Part shown: one piece after another, positions 16,199-23,346 of the stretch
Numbering within the stretch: the stretch's first letter is position 1
How the letters are laid out: each line of letters begins with the position of its first letter
From: Saccharolobus solfataricus
Lineage (GTDB): Archaea > Thermoproteota > Thermoprotei_A > Sulfolobales > Sulfolobaceae
Direction of reading: 5' to 3'
NCBI RefSeq assembly: GCF_900079115.1
Contig: NZ_LT549890.1
Location: 2,430,001 to 2,462,000, forward strand
DNA length: 32,000 nt
The notes under the pieces: generated by a model
The model's input: the letters and a program-made list of their open reading frames with translations, nothing else
What the model was told of the DNA's origin: nothing
Database searches by the model: none
Translations under genes and position numbers: made by a program

Positions 16199-17272
16199 TT
16201 ATGAGAATATTCTCTTAGTCATTCTTATTTTAAAGTAAAAACGATTATTTTTTTCTATTTCTGGTTCATCTAAAACATGTCTTATAAAACTAGAGAGGTT
16301 TTCATCGAAATCAGTTAAACCAGAAATAATAAATTCTTGATTATTTATCTTTATCAGCTTAATTCTAGGATCAATAAGAAGGGTAAAGATGTCAAGGTTC
16401 TTATTAATTATTTCCTTATCTATCAGTCTATAATTAATGTATTCAATTCCTCTTATATAAGGGTATAAAATATGGCCTGTTTTTCTAAGTTCCAGGAATA
16501 AGGTGTAGATATCATTTAATCTATCTAAAATATTATATAGGGGTAAATTATTTTTGAATAGAGTATCATATATTGTAAGCAGTTGATACATAGACCAATC
16601 GTTTATGAGTTTATCATATTTATCATTATTTTTGAGATTGTTATGAGTGAACTTGGTTATTATTTGGTTTCTCTTACTAATTACGCTACTTTCAACTCTT
16701 ACTAAATGATGGTTTCGGTTTCCAAAATCTATAAGAGATTGATATGGTGCGATTATCTCTATATTATCTTTAGAACTATTTATCTTTCCTATGCCTAATA
16801 CCGTAACAATATTTTCCAAAAAATTCTGGACATAATCTCTTAATTTTTTATTTATATTATTTAAACTGATTTTATAAATTAAAGTATTTCTATTCGTAAC
16901 TACCAAGGGGGTATATGGAGATGGAATTAAATACTCCAGAAGATGTTTTAGATGTATTGGATTCATGAAGTTGAAGTACTTCTTAAATAGATATCCTATA
17001 ATTTCATCACCAGAATACACATCAACTTTATCCTCTATATATGAAGAATGTATAAACGAGAAATTCTCATGAATTAGAATATAGGGTATAAGAAAGCAGA
17101 GATCGATTCCCAATAAGGAGTCATCCTTTTCCATCATGTTCATCATAGTCATGAGAGCATTGGTGTAGAAGTCTTTCTCATCCTCTATTCCATACATCCT
17201 CATAATGACCTCTGCTCTTTCTCTGAGACTTTCACTAATTGGCGTTAGTCTAATGTCGGCAGATCTTGGCAC
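16199..17272 (-). CDS. hypothetical protein with a possible N-terminal ribbon-helix-helix-like segment
   Basis: 357 aa with a GTG start. ADIRLTPISESLRERAEVIMRMYGIEDEKDFYTNALMTMM fits an RHH-like pattern. The protein is very Asn/Lys/Ile/Tyr-rich. No family was recognised. Confidence 0.65.
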   Translation of the reverse strand: MPRSADIRLTPISESLRERAEVIMRMYGIEDEKDFYTNALMTMMNMMEKDDSLLGIDLCFLIPYILIHENFSFIHSSYIEDKVDVYSGDEIIGYLFKKYFNFMNPIHLKHLLEYLIPSPYTPLVVTNRNTLIYKISLNNINKKLRDYVQNFLENIVTVLGIGKINSSKDNIEIIAPYQSLIDFGNRNHHLVRVESSVISKRNQIITKFTHNNLKNNDKYDKLINDWSMYQLLTIYDTLFKNNLPLYNILDRLNDIYTLFLELRKTGHILYPYIRGIEYINYRLIDKEIINKNLDIFTLLIDPRIKLIKINNQEFIISGLTDFDENLSSFIRHVLDEPEIEKNNRFYFKIRMTKRIFS

Positions 17273-17293
17273 TATATAAAGTAAGAATAGAGG

Positions 17294-17300
17294 TTTATAA
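17294..17300 (-). promoter_or_regulatory. TATA box (TTATAAA) for the 16199-17272 gene
   Basis: Centred 25 nt upstream of the GTG at 17272 on the minus strand. This is consistent with a leaderless transcript and supports the GTG start. Confidence 0.4.
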
Positions 17301-17346
17301 GGTTTCTAAGACCTTTCATATAATATTACGATACACTCGAGGAAAC

Positions 17347-17700
17347 GTTTAATCATTAGAGTAAAATAAGGCGTTCTGAATTATGCAGTTGTCAGCTGTC
17401 TTCGATGAACTACCCCACCCTCATGACGGGGCATCCTCACCTCATGATTCTCCGCTTCTTAGAACAATCTCGATCCCCATAGCGGAGGTTCCATCAAACC
17501 ATTCTGCAATGCCCCGTATGGAAGAGGGGTTATGGAGGGTTTGCTCTACATAGGCATTAAGGGGAGTCCCACGAACCCAGCACTTCCAGCCAAGGTCGGA
17601 TTCATTTTATCACCTTTTTGATAATAAACTTTTCCGGGGTTATCCATCTCCTATCTGACGGAAGGAGGACTTTCGCTCCCTCAACCACGATAAGTTAAAC
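17347..17700 (-). ncRNA. rnpB: probable RNase P RNA
   Basis: The minus strand carries three conserved motifs in the expected order. GAAAGUCC (CR-I-like) is at 17667-17674. AGAGCAAACC, identical to the J11/12 CR-II stretch of bacterial M1 RNA as I remember it, is at 17538-17547. CAGAACGCCUUAU (CR-V-like) is at 17366-17378. A terminal helix pairs 17690-17700 with 17347-17356. A 9-bp helix ACGGGGCAU/AUGCCCCGU (17509-17517 with 17426-17434) encloses a CUCCGCU/AGCGGAG hairpin. G+C is clearly above the surrounding DNA, and there is no ORF. Confidence 0.6.
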
Positions 17701-17919
17701 TGTGAAATTTGTAAACCTAATAATACGTGGATTGTATAGTATATGCATCGAATGCGGACACTTACCCATAAATAAAGTGGTACTAAAAATAAGTAGGTGA
17801 TTTTTCAGCACCAACGAGTAAGTGTTAATTGGTTTTTATTCATAGACGAAGAATGAACGGGTGTTCAGTAATAAATCTTATTATATAGGGTTGCCCGTAA
17901 AATCGATGAAACTTAAGTG

Positions 17920-19161
17920 CTAATGATTAGATATAGATTCATGAGAATTCAATGAAGCCAAACCCCTATTAGCTACATAGACTATTGTCATTAGGTAGTC
18001 CCTGAGTTCTCTAGTTATGAGGAAATTTCTCCTTATGTGTTCTCTGGCATTAGTACCAAGTCTCCTCCTTATCTCCTCATTCCTAATTAAGTATATTATG
18101 TAATGCGATGCGCCTTGTGGGCTATTAACTAAGAATCCAGTAATTCCATTTATCACTTGTAAGGGAATTCCTCCAGTGTTTCCACCTATTACTGGTTTTC
18201 TCTTCCACATGGCCTCACTAACAGTAAGTCCAAAGCCTTCCTTTATAGACTTCTGCATAACTACCGTTGATGCTGTTTGAAATACATTTATTTCCAAATC
18301 ACTATAAGGCGGTAACATTAGTAAATGTATATCCTTATCTCCTTCAGAGGCCTTAACTACTTCACTATAAACCTTCTCACCTTCTGGATCATCGGTGGCT
18401 GGGCTTCCTACATATAATAATTGTATGTCAACATGCCTTTTCGCTAACTTATAAGCCTGTATGACACCTAAAGGATCTTTAGCGTAATCAAATCTGGACA
18501 CTTGAGTTATTAATGGCTTTTCAAGATTAATACCAAACTTATATAATATTCTCAATATAGTAGTCTCAGACATATCCCTATTCTTTATACTTAATGGATC
18601 TATTGATGGTGGTATTACGAATTGCGGAATTTCGATATCATCTCTCCCAAACGAGGGAACAGAGATTATCATACTATCATATTTGGAGATATACTTCCGT
18701 AAGAAGTTCCACACTGGTGGATATGGATTTGAAATGTCAATGTGACATCGCCAAATCCACTTATTACTATTACCTTTTTTGAATTTTATAAGCCCCGCCG
18801 GTTGGGGATCATGTATAAACATTATATCGTAATCTAACGGAATTTCAGACAAGTTTATCTCTTGCCATTTATCATATATTTTAAAGTATTCATCTGGTAT
18901 ATTTCCAGTTCCATTTTGTAATGAATTGTGAAAGGATTTGGTTACGTTAAAGAACTCATTATCTCCTTTTATAACCTTCCAATCAACATTAAGACCTAAC
19001 TCTTTCATTAATGGTAGCATTCTATTTAATATCTCAGCTACTCCACCTCCAGCCTTAGTAGAGTTTACATGAAGTATTGATAAATCCTTAATTTTCTCCG
19101 CTATCTTAAAGATAGCGTCAAGCTCATGCTCTCCTATAAATTCCACGTATTTCTCAATCAT
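17920..19161 (-). CDS. treT: trehalose glycosyltransferring synthase (GT4 family)
   Basis: Nearly co-linear with Thermococcales/Thermoproteus TreT from memory: HVNST..GGGVAEIL, FFNVTK.FHN.LQ, HDPQPA, WRCHID, PPSIDPLS.KN, ITQVSRFD, DDPEG, SI.EGFGLTV.EAMWK.KPVIG. I prefer the ATG at 19161, which overlaps the upstream TGA as ATGA and has GGTGG 9 nt upstream. The tracked GTG is at 19173. Confidence 0.88.
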   Translation of the reverse strand: MIEKYVEFIGEHELDAIFKIAEKIKDLSILHVNSTKAGGGVAEILNRMLPLMKELGLNVDWKVIKGDNEFFNVTKSFHNSLQNGTGNIPDEYFKIYDKWQEINLSEIPLDYDIMFIHDPQPAGLIKFKKGNSNKWIWRCHIDISNPYPPVWNFLRKYISKYDSMIISVPSFGRDDIEIPQFVIPPSIDPLSIKNRDMSETTILRILYKFGINLEKPLITQVSRFDYAKDPLGVIQAYKLAKRHVDIQLLYVGSPATDDPEGEKVYSEVVKASEGDKDIHLLMLPPYSDLEINVFQTASTVVMQKSIKEGFGLTVSEAMWKRKPVIGGNTGGIPLQVINGITGFLVNSPQGASHYIIYLIRNEEIRRRLGTNAREHIRRNFLITRELRDYLMTIVYVANRGLASLNSHESISNH

Positions 19162-19814
19162 CTTAACAACCACCTTTCTAGTATTCTAATTATGTCCCTC
19201 CTAAGTACTTCCTCATAAACATAGGTTTGTGGATCAATTTTGCTTAAGTTCTCAGCTAATTCTGAGAGTCCAAAATTAGATTCTAACCATTCTGAAAAAT
19301 CATTTCTCTTTGAAATTCCGAGTATTCTTTTGCTTACGAAATGCCACACCAATGCCCTATCGGGTATTATCTGTATTAAATCTAAGAACTCTGCGAGTGT
19401 GTTCGCAACATAATTTGTCTTGTATACTATTGGTGTACATGAGACAAACACAAACTCTCTTATTCCTCTTCTCTCATTTATTCTAGGTTCTAAGATTTCT
19501 ATCAGATCATTTCTAATATCTTCTATGGTTCTAGGTTCAGCACCAGGTATGTCCGATACCAATTCTGCTAACTCTTTATCTCCTAGACTTTCAGCTATCC
19601 AATGAGCAAAATCATTAGAATATTCTTCAGGTATTAAATGGGAGCTAAAAATTGGGTGGAAAACGTGGTAAAATAACGTATACTTATCCGCTTTCCTAAT
19701 ACCTTCTACTAGTTCTCTCAAAGATATGGCTTTAAGTTTAGAATAGAGCGGTGGATAGTAAGCAGCGTAAAAGATAAAAGGTATTCCTTTACCTTTAGAG
19801 TCTAGATCCATCAT
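19158..19814 (-). CDS. conserved hypothetical protein translationally coupled to treT
   Basis: A 218-aa acidic soluble ORF whose stop overlaps the treT start. It may belong to the uncharacterised family seen next to archaeal glycogen/trehalose glycosyltransferases (DUF5752, from memory and uncertain). Confidence 0.7.
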   Translation of the reverse strand: MMDLDSKGKGIPFIFYAAYYPPLYSKLKAISLRELVEGIRKADKYTLFYHVFHPIFSSHLIPEEYSNDFAHWIAESLGDKELAELVSDIPGAEPRTIEDIRNDLIEILEPRINERRGIREFVFVSCTPIVYKTNYVANTLAEFLDLIQIIPDRALVWHFVSKRILGISKRNDFSEWLESNFGLSELAENLSKIDPQTYVYEEVLRRDIIRILERWLLR

Positions 19815-19870
19815 TAAATATAATTACGTATCAAAAGCATATTAACTTATCCACAACATAATATTGTAAT

Positions 19871-20371
19871 TTAACTAATGACCTCAGCAGTTATTGAAGG
19901 ACTTATTATTATTTGCCCATTGGCGTAAGTTATGTGAGGAAAACTTATTAGTAGGGATTGTGAAGAACCCCCTTTTAGATCCATACCATTTATTATATGT
20001 ATTTTGAATACTCCGCTAGGTATTTTTGCTGAAATATTAACGTTTCCAAGTTGAACTTGTGCGAAAGATATCTCAAGAAATACCTCGTTGTATTGCCCAG
20101 AAGGTATTCTAGAAGAAGCTAGAAATGTCATATTGGAAGTTAGTAGTATAGTAATTGTCTTATTGGAAATCGTTATCCAAGAGTCATTGCTAGCATTAAC
20201 TTTATGTATCATTATGGAAGATATAGTTAAGTATATTTTAACTCCTTGACTAGTTGGAGGGTCCTGAATATACACATTTACAACTCCAGTAGTTAAGTAA
20301 TAGAAACCATAATATACCCCACCAGCTAGTACTAATACCACTATGACGATGCCTAATATTGCCTTATTCAT
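19871..20371 (-). CDS. membrane-anchored/secreted DUF4382-like protein
   Basis: 166 aa with an N-terminal TM/signal segment (ILGIVIVVLVLAGGVYYGF). It then shows the V.VYIQD.P...I.LTISSI.IH...W......IPSG.Y..V.L.I..V.....IPSG..K pattern that I associate with DUF4382. Confidence 0.65.
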   Translation of the reverse strand: MNKAILGIVIVVLVLAGGVYYGFYYLTTGVVNVYIQDPPTSQGVKIYLTISSIMIHKVNASNDSWITISNKTITILLTSNMTFLASSRIPSGQYNEVFLEISFAQVQLGNVNISAKIPSGVFKIHIINGMDLKGGSSQSLLISFPHITYANGQIIISPSITAEVIS

Positions 20372-20516
20372 GTAGTTAATGTCGTTTAAATACCTTAAAA
20401 GGATTTTTGAGTTTATTTTCGTTCCACTTAGTGGTATTTCAGAATCTACAAGAGTAATCAGGAAAGTCTACGATAAGTTCTTCTTAATTTAGATGTTTTT
20501 AATGATCTTTTTTCAA

Positions 20517-20534
20517 TTTCACCTTAAGGTGAAA
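20517..20534. promoter_or_regulatory. 18-bp perfect palindrome TTTCACCTTAAGGTGAAA abutting the htrA TATA box
   Basis: Read directly from the sequence. It ends 2-3 nt upstream of the TATA-like atataaata (20537-20545), in the BRE/operator position. Confidence 0.4.
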
Positions 20535-20536
20535 GA

Positions 20537-20545
20537 ATATAAATA
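20537..20545 (+). promoter_or_regulatory. TATA box of the htrA-like gene
   Basis: The sequence atataaata is centred 28 nt upstream of the ATG at 20569 (leaderless geometry). Confidence 0.45.
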
Positions 20546-20568
20546 ATTAGGCAGACTTAATATGTACC

Positions 20569-21462
20569 ATGTACGAGGATTTAGTAGAAAGGGTAACTCC
20601 ATCAGTAGTCACTATAATAACGAAGCAGATAGCTTTAGACCAGTTTTTTATGCCACAAGTTGCTGAAGGCATAGGATCTGGTTACTCTATAGGGAAAAAT
20701 ATCCTAATAACATCTTATCATGTTATATCAAATGCTGAAGAGATACTGGTAATATCTGAAGATGGATTTAGAGAAGAAGCGCAAGTAATTGCAATAAATC
20801 CCTTTCATGATTTAGCAATGTTAAGAAGTACCATAGAATTGCCTAGTCTGAAACTAGCTAAAGAGTGCAAAACCGGAGAGGTAGTTTTAGCAGTAGGAAA
20901 TCCTCTAGGTCTATATAGTGTAAGTATGGGTATAATTAGCAGTGAGGAAAGGGCCATAATGACACCTAATGGTCTTCCCATTTATGTGGTCCAGACAGAT
21001 GCAGCTGTTAACCCCGGTAATAGTGGAGGGCCTCTTATAAATACCAGAGGTGAGGTTGTGGGTACTGTTACTGCGATGATAAGAGAAGCTCAGAATATAG
21101 GTTTTGCAATCCCTTCTAAACTTGTTGATAGTTTCGTAAAAAACGTCATGAAGTTTGGTAGATACATAAGACCGTATGTGGGAATTGGTGTAATAAAGTT
21201 AAACAAAGCTTTAGCGACATACTTGGGAGTGAGGAAACAAAATGGCTTGCTTGTTACGAACATAGATCCAAATGGAAGCGCTTACAAGTATGGAATAAGG
21301 AGAGGTGATATCATACTAAAGGTTAATAATCAAGAAGTTAAATCTCCTATAGATTTGCTAGCTGTATTAGAAGAGATGGTTGGTTCACAGATTAATGTAA
21401 AGATGTTAAGGGATTCTAAGGAGATAGAACTTTCGATACCAGTCCCTGGTTTATCTACTTAA
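20569..21462 (+). CDS. HtrA/DegP-like trypsin-fold serine protease with a C-terminal PDZ domain
   Basis: 297 aa. The catalytic triad context is TSYHVI, HDLAML, GNSGGPL. A PDZ-like region follows (GLLVTNIDPNGSAYKYGIRRGDIILKVNNQEV). Confidence 0.88.
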   Translation: MYEDLVERVTPSVVTIITKQIALDQFFMPQVAEGIGSGYSIGKNILITSYHVISNAEEILVISEDGFREEAQVIAINPFHDLAMLRSTIELPSLKLAKECKTGEVVLAVGNPLGLYSVSMGIISSEERAIMTPNGLPIYVVQTDAAVNPGNSGGPLINTRGEVVGTVTAMIREAQNIGFAIPSKLVDSFVKNVMKFGRYIRPYVGIGVIKLNKALATYLGVRKQNGLLVTNIDPNGSAYKYGIRRGDIILKVNNQEVKSPIDLLAVLEEMVGSQINVKMLRDSKEIELSIPVPGLST

Positions 21463-21519
21463 ATTTTTTAAAAGTCCTTTAGTGTTAAGCTTTTTACCTC
21501 TCTTTGCAAAATCTTTTGT

Positions 21520-21990
21520 ATGGTAGAAATAGGGGAAAAAGCTCCAGAAATAGAGTTAGTAGATACAGATTTGAAAAAAGTTAAAATACCATCTGATTTC
21601 AAAGGTAAGGTAGTTGTTCTAGCGTTTTACCCTGCTGCGTTCACTTCAGTTTGTACTAAAGAGATGTGCACTTTTAGGGACTCCATGGCAAAATTTAACG
21701 AAGTTAATGCAGTAGTTATAGGAATCAGTGTAGATCCACCATTCAGTAATAAAGCGTTTAAAGAGCAGAATAAAATAAATTTCACTATTGTTAGTGACTT
21801 TAATAGGGAAGCTGTAAAGGCTTATGGGGTAGCTGGAGAGTTACCAATCTTAAAGGGATATGTACTAGCTAAGAGATCAGTATTTGTAATTGATAAAAAT
21901 GGCATAGTAAGATATAAATGGGTTTCTGAAGATCCGACAAAGGAACCAAACTACGATGAGATAAAGGATGTCGTAACCAAATTATCTTAA
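21520..21990 (+). CDS. bcp: peroxiredoxin, Bcp (thiol peroxidase) type
   Basis: 156 aa with FYPAAFTSVCTKE (peroxidatic Cys in the PxxxTxxC context) and a thioredoxin fold. The TATA-like ctttttac lies about 26 nt upstream of the ATG. Confidence 0.9.
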   Translation: MVEIGEKAPEIELVDTDLKKVKIPSDFKGKVVVLAFYPAAFTSVCTKEMCTFRDSMAKFNEVNAVVIGISVDPPFSNKAFKEQNKINFTIVSDFNREAVKAYGVAGELPILKGYVLAKRSVFVIDKNGIVRYKWVSEDPTKEPNYDEIKDVVTKLS

Positions 21991-22025
21991 ATGATGTTAT
22001 GGCTAGGCACTGATAATATGATGAC

Positions 22026-22433
22026 TTAAGGGCGGGAACTCTGAATTTTTTCAAGAAATGTTTCTGGGTTTTTTATATCGTATAAGACTGTAATTTTACC
22101 GTTTTTTAAAATAATGTAAATTGAGCCACACTTTAATTTTTTTGCTATAGGCCCTTGTGAGATAAAAGTATCCTTAAAATTTTCCGCTTTAACTACTTTT
22201 TTACCTAATAATGATTTTATTATTATCCCACTCTCAGAGATGCAGTAAGTATAACTCTTGAACCACGCAATTATAAAAAGTAATATAGCATACCATATGC
22301 CAACGAAAATAAGATAATTAATTACGCTAGTTATCTCCAAGAATAAGGAAAAAATGGTAAGTATAATAGTCCCTTCAACGAGAAGCCTTCTTCCAGTTGG
22401 TTTCGTACAACCAACAAGCGACTTTTCTCCCAT
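22026..22433 (-). CDS. membrane protein with bacterial PH-like (DUF304/bPH_2) domain
   Basis: 135 aa with two TM helices followed by ISESGIIIKSLLGKKVVKAENFKD...GSIYIILKNGKITVLYDIKNPE. It overlaps the dppF 3' end by 59 nt. No alternative start lies downstream of the overlap. Confidence 0.6.
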   Translation of the reverse strand: MGEKSLVGCTKPTGRRLLVEGTIILTIFSLFLEITSVINYLIFVGIWYAILLFIIAWFKSYTYCISESGIIIKSLLGKKVVKAENFKDTFISQGPIAKKLKCGSIYIILKNGKITVLYDIKNPETFLEKIQSSRP

Positions 22434-23346
22434 TTATTTCCACCAATGGTGGTTCCTTTTCCTTACATACTGACATAGCAAAAGGACATCTGGGATTGAA
22501 TCTGCATCCGCTAGGCGGATTTATTAAGCTGGGCACTTCCCCGCTTGGTGGCTTAAGCTCCTTCTTTCCCAATTCTGGTACTGAGCTAAGCAGTGATTGA
22601 GTATATGGATGCATTGGTTCCGAAATAACTTCTTTTGTATTTCCTTCTTCAACAATTTTTCCCGCATACATAATTATGACTCTATCAGATATGTATCTAG
22701 CTACCGCGATGTTGTGGGTAATGAAGAGGTATGTAAGTTTTCTTTCCTTTTGTAGGTCTACAAGTAGATTAAGAATTTGTGCTTGTACTGATGCATCTAA
22801 AGCTGAAGTCGGTTCATCTAAAATTAAAAAATCCGGCTCTTTTGCAAGCGCTCTTGCTATTGCAACTCTCTGCGTTTGCCCTCCAGACAATTCTCTAGGA
22901 TACTTATCTTTTACGTAATTATAATCAAGACCAACTTCCTCTAATAACTTCTTGACTCTTTCTTCCCTTTTCTCCTTCATGGCTTCTCTAACAATATCCT
23001 TGACTTTCATTCTTGGATTTATGGATGTCATAGGATTTTGGAAAACCATATGTATATGTTTTCTAACATGATTTATATTGCGATCATTTACCTCCATTCC
23101 CATAAAGATTAAATTTCCACCAGTAGGCTTTTCCAATGTAGCTAGTACCTTGCCTAATGTGGTTTTACCAGAACCACTTTCACCCACAACACCTAAAACT
23201 TCGCCTTTCCTTATCTCCACGGATACGTTATCTAATGCTCTAACATAAATTGGGGGCTCTCTCGCTAATGATTCCAGTATTCCCCTCTTCTTTGCAAGGT
23301 AGTATTTATTTATATTAATTGCCTTGTAAAGTATACTATCACTCAT
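22375..23346 (-). CDS. dppF: Dpp/Opp-type ABC transporter ATP-binding protein (OppF-like)
   Basis: Walker A GESGSGKTT, signature LSGGQTQR, Walker B LILDEPTSALD, a C-terminal oligopeptide-type extension containing HPYT, and a Cys cluster. Confidence 0.9.
   Translation of the reverse strand: MSDSILYKAININKYYLAKKRGILESLAREPPIYVRALDNVSVEIRKGEVLGVVGESGSGKTTLGKVLATLEKPTGGNLIFMGMEVNDRNINHVRKHIHMVFQNPMTSINPRMKVKDIVREAMKEKREERVKKLLEEVGLDYNYVKDKYPRELSGGQTQRVAIARALAKEPDFLILDEPTSALDASVQAQILNLLVDLQKERKLTYLFITHNIAVARYISDRVIIMYAGKIVEEGNTKEVISEPMHPYTQSLLSSVPELGKKELKPPSGEVPSLINPPSGCRFNPRCPFAMSVCKEKEPPLVEINGRKVACWLYETNWKKASR

Noticed and set aside
15292-16204. ORFs 15292-15501 (minus), 15665-15901 (plus) and 16019-16204 (plus)
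   Set aside because: Each lies inside and antisense to a longer ORF with a plausible promoter, and none has independent support. Because the longer ORFs are themselves unknowns, this rejection is less certain than the others.
18594-19605. Plus-strand ORFs 18594-18782 and 19420-19605
   Set aside because: They are antisense to treT and its coupled partner.
21869-22054. 61-aa minus-strand ORF overlapping the bcp 3' end
   Set aside because: It is mostly antisense to bcp, and the remainder is the short intergenic region.
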